From the IMG/VR virus record IMGVR_UViG_3300007760_000615, positions 1-56,081 of that record: a stretch of 56,081 nt of DNA. One strand, given 5' to 3'. The notes under the pieces are model-generated. The model did not search any database, had not been told where the DNA came from, and saw nothing but the letters and a program-made list of their open reading frames with translations. This stretch comes from a virus (lineage: Duplodnaviria > Caudoviricetes). The position numbers were made by a program, and so were the translations under genes. Positions 9,570-19,005 of this stretch are shown one piece after another. Positions within the stretch are counted from its first letter, which is position 1. Every line of letters starts with the position of its first letter.

Positions 9570-11153
9570 TTATACCATTATTGTAGTTTGGTATTCGAGT
9601 GTAGCATTCGTGCCAGTTGATGTTGTAGTATATTTTAAAGCAACTGTTTCGCTACCAGAAGTAGAGTCTTTGTCATCTAATACTGCTGAAAGAGTTACTC
9701 CAACATCTGAACCGCTTTCAGTAAACGTATCGTCATATTGTACACCGTTTGTTGATGCACTAACAATAAGTTCTCCAGTTCTGTCTAATGTTCCTCTTAC
9801 TATTTTATATTTTATAATTAACGATTTTCCTGCCAATGCTGGAAATTCATTTATTGTGGTGGCCGATTGATTGTCGAGTAAAGTTGCTTGTTTAATTGCT
9901 TTTGTTGATATTCCAATTCCTTGTAATTCTGGAGCGGCATTTAATTCTGAACTGCCGTCTGCTCTTCTTAAATCTGTTCTTTCAAAAAAGTCTAATGCTG
10001 AACTGCATTCATCTCTGTCATATTGTATTATAGGCACTTCACGAATTGATCCAACACCTTCAAAATTATTTGCTACATTTAGTCCATACCAATTACCTTG
10101 TGAAATAATATTTCTTATGTCTCCATTAGCACCTGAAACCCAAATAGCTTGTTGACTAATATTGCTCCAACTATTACCATTAAATTGAACATCTCTAGGG
10201 CCTACTGTTAAACCATTTGCAGAACCATCAGTGTCTTCTCCAATTCTAGCACCGTAGTATCCAATTGTAAAATCACAATTATGAAATCTTACACTTGTAA
10301 CATCATAATCTAAATCAACTAGTCTAGCAAATTTTGAAAATTGACATTGATCAAATACAACGTTTGAGGAACTGTAAGTATTTGTACTTCTAACTGTGAT
10401 ACCTTTTGAGTTAGGCGCATCTGTTCCTCCTGCTACATATGTTCCTACAAATTTACAATTTCGTAGATACACGTGAGTTGCACAATCAATTGACAATCCA
10501 CCGTATGCTTCACCATTTTTAAAACAAATTCCTTCTATTTGAATTTGTGTTGGTGTAGTTGTAGTAATTGATCCAAATGCATTTCCGTTATTATCTTCTG
10601 TTACTGCGACAGGTGCATTTCCACCTGACTGAGCAAATACTGTTTTGCCTGGACCTTCACCTCTTAAATGTGCATAAGGTGGAATCTTAATAGATCCTGA
10701 TACGTTATAAATTCCTGCTGGAAAGAATAAAACTCTATGTGCTCTTACATCTGCTTGATCTGTGTCTGAATATAATTCTTCAAGTGCTCTTTGTATTGCT
10801 GTTAAGTCTGCTGTTGAGCCATCTCCTACTGCTCCAAAAGCCTTAATTGAAACGTAGTCATCTAATGTTGCTTGTAATGTTCTACTAACATTACCACTAG
10901 CGCCTGTTAATATTGGAGTTGAAGCACCGAGATAGCCTTGATAAACATGAGTAAGTGCTGTTGAAAATGCAGAAGATCCTGAAGTAATAATTTCTGTATT
11001 ACCTACTGCAGGAGCACCGTCTGCCACGGTACCGTTTCCTATGTATAATTTTTGATCATCAATAGACCAGCCTATTTCTCCAGCCGCTAATTGCGGTAGA
11101 TCAGTGGCTTTTCCACGTCTGTGTTGTATTCTCGAAATTTGGACTATCGGCAT
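9570..11153 (-). CDS. tail fibre/spike-type virion protein with right-handed beta-helix (pectate lyase 3-like)
   Basis: N-terminal RIQHRRG..LPQLAAGEIGW..KLYIGNG anchor; VSIKAFGAVGDG..DLTAIQRAL..LFFPAGIY. Confidence 0.8.
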   Translation of the reverse strand: MPIVQISRIQHRRGKATDLPQLAAGEIGWSIDDQKLYIGNGTVADGAPAVGNTEIITSGSSAFSTALTHVYQGYLGASTPILTGASGNVSRTLQATLDDYVSIKAFGAVGDGSTADLTAIQRALEELYSDTDQADVRAHRVLFFPAGIYNVSGSIKIPPYAHLRGEGPGKTVFAQSGGNAPVAVTEDNNGNAFGSITTTTPTQIQIEGICFKNGEAYGGLSIDCATHVYLRNCKFVGTYVAGGTDAPNSKGITVRSTNTYSSSNVVFDQCQFSKFARLVDLDYDVTSVRFHNCDFTIGYYGARIGEDTDGSANGLTVGPRDVQFNGNSWSNISQQAIWVSGANGDIRNIISQGNWYGLNVANNFEGVGSIREVPIIQYDRDECSSALDFFERTDLRRADGSSELNAAPELQGIGISTKAIKQATLLDNQSATTINEFPALAGKSLIIKYKIVRGTLDRTGELIVSASTNGVQYDDTFTESGSDVGVTLSAVLDDKDSTSGSETVALKYTTTSTGTNATLEYQTTIMV

Positions 11154-11167
11154 ATTACACTTATTTA

Positions 11168-11872
11168 TTAAAGGATTGACTTGTAGTATTGTTCTAATTT
11201 AGTGTACCATTGCCCTGCCCAATAGTCGTAATTGTCTATTTCAAATGTTTGGAATTTGTTGTCTTGTGTGCAAATAAAAACTCTGCCTGAACTTATATGT
11301 GTGTCATACATTTTGTTATGTGCTTCTGCATATGCAACTAATTGTAAAAAGTAATCTTCAGTCCATTCTTTCTTTTTAAGTTTTCGTGCTTGTTTAAAAT
11401 CCATAATAGCAGGTTCGTTTTTATATACACCTACAAGATCAGTTGTGCCTGCATATAGTTCTGGATAAAGTAATGAAACTTCTGATCCCCATACTTCACT
11501 AACATCGTTTAATCCATTATCAATAATGACATTGGCCATCGCGTGTGCTTTTTGATGTATAAGATTAGAGCCAGGTTTTCTTTCTTTTCCTTTTACGTGT
11601 TTTTCTAAAGATGAGTGCATAACGGTTCCAATGTTTGCAGATTCTTGTGTAATTTGTCGTGCTTTTTGTTCTCCTATTCTTTTTCGCCATGCGTTTAACT
11701 GTGTCATATCTTTTGTTGCAGATAAAACTGTTGTTACAGAAGGTACTTGTCTACCGTCGGGAGTTTCATAATGTCTTTTATGATTTTTGGTAACTTTAGC
11801 TAGTTCACCGTATGGATATTTTTGTATGTAAGGAATACCTTTACTTTTTAATACATCTTCGGATATTTTCAT
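11168..11872 (-). CDS. PD-(D/E)XK phage exonuclease
   Basis: PSVTTVLS, GTVMH, YAGTTDLVG..IMDFK, YFLQLVAYA. Confidence 0.85.
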   Translation of the reverse strand: MKISEDVLKSKGIPYIQKYPYGELAKVTKNHKRHYETPDGRQVPSVTTVLSATKDMTQLNAWRKRIGEQKARQITQESANIGTVMHSSLEKHVKGKERKPGSNLIHQKAHAMANVIIDNGLNDVSEVWGSEVSLLYPELYAGTTDLVGVYKNEPAIMDFKQARKLKKKEWTEDYFLQLVAYAEAHNKMYDTHISSGRVFICTQDNKFQTFEIDNYDYWAGQWYTKLEQYYKSIL

Positions 11873-11886
11873 TATTGTATTTTATA

Positions 11887-13173
11887 TTATGCTAGGTGCT
11901 CTGTCAATGATTGTTCTAGCTCTGGCAGTAATTTTCGCCACGTTTTATTTTTTCTGTGGTTATCTTGTGTGTCATTATATCTAATAAATGATTGTTGTAG
12001 GTTTTGTTCTTCACTTGTATTTAGAAAATCTCCTCTTAAATTTTCTATTTGTTTGTTATAAAAGTTTGATATAGATTTGTATGTACTAAAATATTCTATA
12101 CTTTTTTCAAGTTTCTTAGCTACTTGTAATCTATATTGTTTTGGTGCAGTATCATAATTGCAAATACGAGGATACCAAACTTGAGACATCCATGATACAT
12201 TAAATTGTTTGCCCCAATTACCGTCAGCAAAATCTATAAACCATTTTAGCATATCATCTAATTGATGAATGTTTAATAATTGTATAGCAGGACTAAACAT
12301 TATTTTTCCATTACCACTTTCTAGTACAAGTTTTTTATAAAAATTTAAATTTTCAACTACTTTTTTAAAGCTACTAGGATATCTAATGTACTCGGTTATG
12401 TCTCCAAGACCATCTATACTTGCCCATATCGTCCAGTTCTTCATTTTTGGAAACCATTGTGTCATTTTAGGATTGGTATTAGTAAGATTAGTTACTATCG
12501 TTATGTCTTTATTTTTTAGTGTATCTTTATCGTCACAATAATCTAGTAATGCATAGAACTCTGGTATAACTGTTGGTTCACCACCAATAATAGTTAAGTG
12601 TGTGATATGTTTGCTTATATAATCTATAAGTTTATTTTTAGTTTTTTCATTTTGAAACCATGTGTATTCTACTGATAGATTGTTAGTCCAATTATTAACA
12701 TTGCCACTTTGTTTGTATACCCAATTTAAAAATTCTTTATCGTTTTTTCCTATTTCTAATAATTCTTTTCCTATTTGATTTGAATAGTCTTGTCCACACA
12801 TTTTACATTTTAGATTACACATATTACCAAAGTGTAGTTCCATTGAGTGTGGCATTATATCTATAGATCCATCGGTTTTAACTTTGTTTAAATTTTTTTC
12901 TTGACTGATTTCCTTACGCATAGATTTGTAACCACGTGCTTCTTGATCAACACATTTTGAACAGGCTTTCAACTGTTCTCCGTTTTTCATTTTAAGTCTT
13001 ACTTGTTTCATGTATTCATTATTCCATATTTTTTGTAATGAATCATTATTCATATGTACTCTATTGCCTTTTTTATCTGTAACATTTTCCATAGTGGCAC
13101 AACATAATCTTACAGAACCAGACATATGAACATATTGATGTTCGAAAGGAAAATCACAGTAAGTTTTACTCAT
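11887..13173 (-). CDS. radical SAM protein with N-terminal twitch/SPASM-like domain
   Basis: CDFPF..VRLCC..CSKC, then CNLKCKMC and GGEP; ATG 13173 overlaps the upstream stop (ATGA). Confidence 0.9.
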   Translation of the reverse strand: MSKTYCDFPFEHQYVHMSGSVRLCCATMENVTDKKGNRVHMNNDSLQKIWNNEYMKQVRLKMKNGEQLKACSKCVDQEARGYKSMRKEISQEKNLNKVKTDGSIDIMPHSMELHFGNMCNLKCKMCGQDYSNQIGKELLEIGKNDKEFLNWVYKQSGNVNNWTNNLSVEYTWFQNEKTKNKLIDYISKHITHLTIIGGEPTVIPEFYALLDYCDDKDTLKNKDITIVTNLTNTNPKMTQWFPKMKNWTIWASIDGLGDITEYIRYPSSFKKVVENLNFYKKLVLESGNGKIMFSPAIQLLNIHQLDDMLKWFIDFADGNWGKQFNVSWMSQVWYPRICNYDTAPKQYRLQVAKKLEKSIEYFSTYKSISNFYNKQIENLRGDFLNTSEEQNLQQSFIRYNDTQDNHRKNKTWRKLLPELEQSLTEHLA

Positions 13174-14171
13174 GCTTGAACTCCACAGGTATGATAACAA
13201 GTTTGTAGACGGTAAGCATTTTGTTGTCCTTCAATACCGTTTGCTAATTCTTTAAAGAAGTCACCTGATAATATTTCATCGAGACTACAATGATTAATAT
13301 TAACTTTTGTATAATCGTTTATAATGTTTTTTGCTTCGTGTATTTTTAAATCACCTAACCAACAGCAAGGACTAACATCTCCGTTTGCCGCTATATAAAT
13401 TTCACTCTTATTTTTATGAAATGAAAAGCAATTAATTTTTCGTGTTGTGAAAGTATCTGTAATTTTAGACTTTTGTGTAATGGATCCACCTGGGGCCTTT
13501 GTTTTTTTAACAACTTTTTCTAATTTATAATCATCTACCTGTATTGATTCTCGTTGTATCCAATCACCATCACTGTTAAAGTCATTCCATCTTGTTGTAT
13601 ATTTTTTCCTAAAATCAATAAATCCTAATTTTTTAGATAATACTTCTGCTTGTTCTATTTGGTGTTCGTTATGTTTGAATATTAAAAAATCCCAATTTGC
13701 TTCTCCACCTGCTGATATAAAAGCTTCTACATTGTTCATTAGTTTATCCCATTTAATATTTCTACGATACAAATGATTTGTATCTTCCAATCCGTCAATT
13801 GAAAATGTCACTTCAACATTTAACTTGGCTAACTCTTTCCAAAAGTCAGTAGCTCTTGCTCCACCATTTGTGTTTAATGATAAATTAGAATTCCCACAAC
13901 GTTTTATATACTCATAAATTTCTAAACATTCAGGATTCATAGAGCCATCTCCTAATACACCACATGAGTAAAATCTTTTTAATTGAGATAATACTTTAGG
14001 TCCTATATTGTTTTTTATTGTTTCTAATGTAGTGTGTGAATTGTTGGTAATACTTTTTATTAAATTTAAATCAAAATCAAACCGTGGACACATTGGACAA
14101 GATGCATTACAATAATTGGTAAGTTCGGCGTTGATAATATTTAAATTATGAATGTTAATATATTCACTCAT
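13170..14171 (-). CDS. radical SAM protein with C-terminal twitch/SPASM-like domain
   Basis: CNASCPMC, TNGG, FSIDG, GDVSPCC, CYHTC. Confidence 0.9.
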   Translation of the reverse strand: MSEYINIHNLNIINAELTNYCNASCPMCPRFDFDLNLIKSITNNSHTTLETIKNNIGPKVLSQLKRFYSCGVLGDGSMNPECLEIYEYIKRCGNSNLSLNTNGGARATDFWKELAKLNVEVTFSIDGLEDTNHLYRRNIKWDKLMNNVEAFISAGGEANWDFLIFKHNEHQIEQAEVLSKKLGFIDFRKKYTTRWNDFNSDGDWIQRESIQVDDYKLEKVVKKTKAPGGSITQKSKITDTFTTRKINCFSFHKNKSEIYIAANGDVSPCCWLGDLKIHEAKNIINDYTKVNINHCSLDEILSGDFFKELANGIEGQQNAYRLQTCYHTCGVQA

Positions 14172-14190
14172 AATTGTATGTATGCTTGTA

Positions 14191-14547
14191 TTATTTTCTT
14201 CGGTTCATGGCTGACTTTGCCATTTGTTTTACCTTGTCAGTAGAGCCTTGATTGTCAAAATCCATTTCTGGATCTGTTTCTGCGTCTTTTTCTGTTTTAA
14301 TTTTAATAGTGTCTTGATCAAAATCTTTTACAACATTTTTAAGAGTTTTACCATTATCATATAATTGTTTGAATAGGTCATAGCTGAATGTCGGATAACC
14401 TGTATTTCTCATTATTTCTTTTACAGCATCAAAACTTATTTCTGCAGATGTGTTTCTATCATCAGCATCACCTTGAAGATTCATTAGTGTATTAACTAAT
14501 GCACTTTCTAATTGTTTATCTGTGTTTTTGAATTCGTTAAAACGCAT
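14191..14547 (-). CDS. hypothetical protein, possible head/internal protein
   Basis: ORF in late cluster; MRFNEF N-terminus. Confidence 0.65.
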   Translation of the reverse strand: MRFNEFKNTDKQLESALVNTLMNLQGDADDRNTSAEISFDAVKEIMRNTGYPTFSYDLFKQLYDNGKTLKNVVKDFDQDTIKIKTEKDAETDPEMDFDNQGSTDKVKQMAKSAMNRRK

Positions 14548-14551
14548 GGAA

Positions 14552-15412
14552 TTACTTCCCTGCTAGTTTGGAATATATTCTGTTAGATTGTTCGAATACT
14601 TCTTTGGATTCTCTAGTTTCTCTGCCTTCAGGCTCTGTTCCACCTGCTTCTGCATCTGAGGCACCAAATTCATCTGTTTCTAAATCATCTAAATCATCTA
14701 GTCCAACTTCGTCTCCGTCTGTATTCATTGTGTCGTCGCCACCTATTGTGTCTGTTGCAACTTCTTCACCTGTAAGTACTCTTACACCATTGTCAAGCTC
14801 TTGTCTTGTTTGTCCAAGTGTTGATTCTGCTTGTTCAATAGCAGGTTTAACTTTTTGTAAGAAAGCATCTGATTTTTCTGCACCCATTTCATCTCTAATT
14901 CTGTCTGCAAGTTCTAACATACTTTCTGTTTTCATTGTAGCTAAATCTTCTAGGAATGCTGTAACTTTATCCATCATATCTTTAGCCGCAAGTATTAATT
15001 CTGATTGTTCTTCTACGCCTTCTTTAACATCTTTATTTGCCATAAGTTTTGAAGCCGCTCCTCTTTCAGGAGGTGTTAGTGCTTGTCCTTTTGAAAGTTT
15101 ATCTTTAATTGGTTTACTTGCTTTAGCTAATATTGGATTATCTATTGTTGGACTTTGTTGACCATATTCTTTAATGGCTTGATTTATTATATCAAGCATC
15201 ATTTGATTTTTTTGGTAGTCATGATTTTTTAGTTCATGTCCAAAGTGTTCGTTTTGTGTAATGTTGTGAATTCTAGTTCTTACTTTGTTTGCAGTATCTT
15301 CTAATTCTTCTCTAGTAAATCTGCTTAGATCCATGGTTTGATTAAATCTAGATTCAAATTCTGTTAGTAAAGACTCGGTTGTAACTGGTTTTGTTAGCTC
15401 TATGCTCTGCAT
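14552..15412 (-). CDS. acidic coiled-coil protein, possible prohead core/scaffold-type protein
   Basis: TAAATA just upstream; helical, acidic; function inferred only. Confidence 0.55.
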   Translation of the reverse strand: MQSIELTKPVTTESLLTEFESRFNQTMDLSRFTREELEDTANKVRTRIHNITQNEHFGHELKNHDYQKNQMMLDIINQAIKEYGQQSPTIDNPILAKASKPIKDKLSKGQALTPPERGAASKLMANKDVKEGVEEQSELILAAKDMMDKVTAFLEDLATMKTESMLELADRIRDEMGAEKSDAFLQKVKPAIEQAESTLGQTRQELDNGVRVLTGEEVATDTIGGDDTMNTDGDEVGLDDLDDLETDEFGASDAEAGGTEPEGRETRESKEVFEQSNRIYSKLAGK

Positions 15413-15430
15413 ATCATTATTTAGTCGTTT

Positions 15431-15943
15431 TCACTTAAAGGTAGATTGGAAAATTCCTTGTATTTTTGCTTTGTATTGATCCGCAAGATCGTGTGCGTGT
15501 TGTAATTTTTGTAGATATACTTCTGCATCTGCTTCGTTGTTTTCGTTATAGGCTATTTTCATCATACGTTTAGCATTGGTAATATTAAATAATTGTGATG
15601 CAAAATGTGTATCATGTTCTAATACTTGCTCCGGGGCTTGATTTCCGTCTGCTATATTATGGGCTACTAGAATTGCTGTTTGTTTTAGATTAATATGATC
15701 ATATAGTATCTTTGCTTTAATCATGTCTGCAATAACGTAGATATAACGAGTACCTGTATGTTTCTTAGGTACAATAGCTATATTTCCTATTAGGATTCCT
15801 TTAGAAAATTGTTTAGGTAAATGATGAAATGGTCTTTTTGCTTCTTGTTTATGTGCCAGGTCAGCAAGTTTATCCTTGAGTCCGTAGGCCTCAATTTGCT
15901 TTACAAGTTCGCTAAACGGTTTATGTTCATTTTTTATTGGCAT
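15431..15943 (-). CDS. hypothetical protein
   Basis: ORF overlapping the upstream gene end. Confidence 0.65.
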   Translation of the reverse strand: MPIKNEHKPFSELVKQIEAYGLKDKLADLAHKQEAKRPFHHLPKQFSKGILIGNIAIVPKKHTGTRYIYVIADMIKAKILYDHINLKQTAILVAHNIADGNQAPEQVLEHDTHFASQLFNITNAKRMMKIAYNENNEADAEVYLQKLQHAHDLADQYKAKIQGIFQSTFK

Positions 15944-16163
15944 TACTAACAAATTTTATATGTCTATTTACAGCGTATTGAACATCGTTGTCAAGTTTTT
16001 TTCTTACAAAAATACTCTTATATGCTAATATTTTAGCCGTTTCAATTTCTGTTATTTCTAATTCCGAGCTTCGGAATGATATATGGTTTTTATATTTGTT
16101 AATGAAGTTTAATTGTTCATTAGTAATCCAAACTTGAACACCTGGTGCTATTTTTATATACAT
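15927..16163 (-). CDS. hypothetical protein
   Basis: 78-aa ORF in operon. Confidence 0.65.
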   Translation of the reverse strand: MYIKIAPGVQVWITNEQLNFINKYKNHISFRSSELEITEIETAKILAYKSIFVRKKLDNDVQYAVNRHIKFVSNANKK

Positions 16164-16177
16164 TTGTTGTGGTAATA

Positions 16178-16411
16178 TTAGCCAGGCATTTTCATTAAAA
16201 GAACCACCATAGTTGAAAGTAGTCCTGCTATAACTGTACCTGCTGTGGCTATAATTGTTTTGGAGTGAGATTTTTGTCCTGTTTTCATGTCTTCGTTAAT
16301 TTTGCCTAGACGTTGTTCAATAGCAGATAGCCTGTCATGTAGTCCTTTATATCGTTCACTACATAAGTCAACGTGTGCTTCTAGGTTTGTTTTTTCTAAC
16401 TCAGTTGGCAT
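16178..16411 (-). CDS. small coiled-coil protein with C-terminal TM helix (XhlA/holin-like architecture)
   Basis: LEAHVDLCSERY..coiled coil..IIATAGTVIAGLLSTMVVLLM; ATG 16411 follows AGAGAG. Confidence 0.55.
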   Translation of the reverse strand: MPTELEKTNLEAHVDLCSERYKGLHDRLSAIEQRLGKINEDMKTGQKSHSKTIIATAGTVIAGLLSTMVVLLMKMPG

Positions 16412-16465
16412 AAAATTTAATTCTCTCTTTAATTCGAATATATCTCTTTTTACCGCTAGGTACTC

Positions 16466-16510
16466 TGCCTGTGTCATGCCTTAACTGCCTATGTTTGCCT
16501 GTGTATGCCT
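16466..16510. repeat. five TGCCT (AGGCA on coding strand) repeats at about 10-bp period
   Basis: Starts at 16466, 16477, 16486, 16496, 16506. Confidence 0.85.
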
Positions 16511-16519
16511 TAATCATTA

Positions 16520-16990
16520 TTATTTATTAATTTCTCCTGCGTATGAAAAGTATGTGTTTATCGATTGTGGATCGTATGTAAGAAATGTATTAGTAGGAAA
16601 TGTAACCGTTTCTTTGCAAAATGATAGGATAGGTACAAGATCAAAATCTGCAGTAACAAATTCAATAGGATCGGGACTACTTCCATATACCTCACTTTGT
16701 TCTGTAAAAAATTGGAAGTGCCAACTATTTTGTTTACCTTCATAGTTAGAACCAAATCGCATATTAGCAACAGATTGATTAATTCTAGTAGGTGGTATTT
16801 CCCAAGTAATGTTTGCTCTCATCTGTAATAATTGTAGTACTGTTGCAAAATTTGAATTTTGATTTCGTGTTACGGCAAGACTTGTCTTATCATGTACTAC
16901 TTCCCCACTAATAGTTTTAAATGGAAATGCTTGTTTCAAATTACCATTTTCTGTTATATCAACTAGTGTGTGAACTTTGTATTCGTGCAT
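16520..16990 (-). CDS. hypothetical late protein
   Basis: 156-aa ORF with TAAATA upstream. Confidence 0.7.
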   Translation of the reverse strand: MHEYKVHTLVDITENGNLKQAFPFKTISGEVVHDKTSLAVTRNQNSNFATVLQLLQMRANITWEIPPTRINQSVANMRFGSNYEGKQNSWHFQFFTEQSEVYGSSPDPIEFVTADFDLVPILSFCKETVTFPTNTFLTYDPQSINTYFSYAGEINK

Positions 16991-17015
16991 TATGCTTTTA
17001 GATATTTAATTAAAG

Positions 17016-17049
17016 AAAAAAGGGCGAACAAATAAATGTCCGCCCTTTT
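17016..17049 (-). terminator. intrinsic terminator (probably bidirectional)
   Basis: AAAAAAGGGCG..CGCCCTTTT stem flanked by A/T tracts. Confidence 0.85.
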
Positions 17050-17085
17050 AATGTTTTACTAAAAACTCGTATCTAGTTGTTATTA

Positions 17086-17430
17086 TTATACAGCTATTAC
17101 TAAAGTTTTTGCTGTTACTGTGTCATCGGAATGATCAAATGAATCAACTGTTCCTAATGCACGGATAACCGCTTGTAAAGTAGCCGCTACTGTTACGTCG
17201 GAACCTTCAACCATGAACGTTTGTTCAGTGTTTGAGTTTCCTAGTGGTCCTGCCGCTAATATAGTGCAAGTCGATTGAATTGCATCTATTGCCGCTTTTT
17301 GAGCACTCAACGGTCCTGTTTTAGATGATATATCTTGGATATAATCAACTGTGAAAAATTGTAGATCTTTACCTACAACATTCATTGGTACAGTAGTTGC
17401 CGCTGGATTTACTTTTACTTGTCCTGCCAT
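17086..17430 (-). CDS. small Ala/Thr/Val-rich virion-type protein
   Basis: Own TAAATA promoter, AGGAGG RBS and terminator. Confidence 0.7.
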   Translation of the reverse strand: MAGQVKVNPAATTVPMNVVGKDLQFFTVDYIQDISSKTGPLSAQKAAIDAIQSTCTILAAGPLGNSNTEQTFMVEGSDVTVAATLQAVIRALGTVDSFDHSDDTVTAKTLVIAV

Positions 17431-17531
17431 TTTAAATCCTCCTTATTATCTGATTTAATGACTACGACACCGCTCCGGTGTCATGTTGCATCTATTTAGT
17501 AAAAGATTTGGTAAATTTAGTGTTTATATAA

Positions 17532-18134
17532 CTATTTTGTCCAGATTATGTCAGATCTAGTTCTTTTTCGAGGATAGTAGCTTAAATGACTGAGGATTTT
17601 TCTTATCTCTATACAAGTTGCTGGCCTTTTTTCTTTTTTCATTTCAATATTAATAGCTGGTTTGTTTCTTGTAATAGTTTCAATTGCACCGTTTAAAACT
17701 CTAACTTCAAAACCATCGACATCAATTTTAATAAAGTCTATGTTGTTTAAATTAAAACTATCAAGTGTTCGACATTGTATACTGCCAGGCTCTTCAGTCA
17801 TCATTGTGGAATTGGTTTCTTTCATTGATGTTGTATGTTCTTTATTAGACAATCCATATTGAAATAATTGTACGTTAGTTTCAGTTATATTTTTTTTAAA
17901 ACATTCTATAAAGATTGGATTAGGTTCAAAACAATATACTTGTTCAAATATTGATGCAAGTTCGCGAGTCCATAGGCCTACATGACTGCCTATGTCTATA
18001 CAATTTCTTTTACTTTTAACATATCTTAATGCGTTTGTTCTTTGTCGTTCTTGTCTATATCGTCCAGTGGTATCGTTTATTAGTGTTGGTTGAGAATGAT
18101 TTCCGTCTACTGTCCAAAACTCAGATGGATGCAT
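17532..18134 (-). CDS. FkbM-family methyltransferase
   Basis: IDIGSHVG, CFEPN, IDFIKIDVDGFE..VLNGA. Confidence 0.9.
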   Translation of the reverse strand: MHPSEFWTVDGNHSQPTLINDTTGRYRQERQRTNALRYVKSKRNCIDIGSHVGLWTRELASIFEQVYCFEPNPIFIECFKKNITETNVQLFQYGLSNKEHTTSMKETNSTMMTEEPGSIQCRTLDSFNLNNIDFIKIDVDGFEVRVLNGAIETITRNKPAINIEMKKEKRPATCIEIRKILSHLSYYPRKRTRSDIIWTK

Positions 18135-18135
18135 T

Positions 18136-18987
18136 TTACGTTCTTCTAGATTTTGCTCTGGCATGAATTACTTGTAATAGTTTAACAAAGGAATAACCAC
18201 CTTTAGCTATGTCATCTATCATTGTTACGATAGGTGCATAAGCAACCATTACAGGAGCGGGTACTGCCTTACCTTGTCTAATCATATCAGCGGCAACTTT
18301 TGCCCGTCTAACATTAGATGATCCAACAAGGAGTCTATATGCCTGCATTTCATTTGGAGTAAGTTCTACACCAGGTACTGTTCTTTCTGCATCAACTACA
18401 TCATCTAATTCTAAATGATGTTTGTTAGCAAATGCCTGTGCTTGTCTTTGTAAGTCAGTTCCTGGTAGTTTAGCCTTTAGTGCTTGTAGTAATCTTGTAG
18501 CAGTAACTTTTTTTCGTTTAATATCTAAAGAAATATAATCAGTAATGGCACGTCTTAAATTTTTATAGTCAGGATTGCTAATACCCAATGCTACTTCTAA
18601 TTGTGTTAAAAATTTATAGTCATTTTTAAAATCTCTGAGATATCTTTTTATAGATGTTACAGGAACAGTTTGTCTTTGTCTTAAGGCCATTGCGGCATTT
18701 TTGTTTGCTAGTTTTTGAACAATAGCTGGATCACCTGCTACTATGGCTAACATATTATGAAGGTCATTTGCTGTACCTCGTACTCTATCAAATGAACCAT
18801 ATGTTAGTGTTTGGCCAGCATAAGATTTTACAAAACTTGCTGTTTGCGAAAAGTTTTTTAATAGTGCCAATGTAAGAAAACTAAGATATATTCTCTCTGT
18901 AATTTCTTGGAATGTATATCTTGCAAGGTCACTTTGTCTTCGTACGACCCTACCCTCGGCTACATACTGTAAAAAGGATGTTATCAT
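18136..18987 (-). CDS. hypothetical late protein, possible capsid-internal
   Basis: TATAAATA at 18993-19000; N-terminus MITSFLQYVAEG. Confidence 0.7.
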   Translation of the reverse strand: MITSFLQYVAEGRVVRRQSDLARYTFQEITERIYLSFLTLALLKNFSQTASFVKSYAGQTLTYGSFDRVRGTANDLHNMLAIVAGDPAIVQKLANKNAAMALRQRQTVPVTSIKRYLRDFKNDYKFLTQLEVALGISNPDYKNLRRAITDYISLDIKRKKVTATRLLQALKAKLPGTDLQRQAQAFANKHHLELDDVVDAERTVPGVELTPNEMQAYRLLVGSSNVRRAKVAADMIRQGKAVPAPVMVAYAPIVTMIDDIAKGGYSFVKLLQVIHARAKSRRT

Positions 18988-19005
18988 ACACATATTTATA
19001 GATAG

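Noticed and set aside
11168-11872. Cas4/CRISPR system
   Set aside because: Lacks the four-Cys Fe-S set, no other cas genes are present, and there is no repeat-spacer array anywhere in the window
14568-15161. 197-aa plus-strand ORF (and similar shadow ORFs at 1355, 9517, 9871, 25950, 45238, 51870)
   Set aside because: Ser/Leu-rich antisense shadows of well-supported genes, with no RBS or promoter
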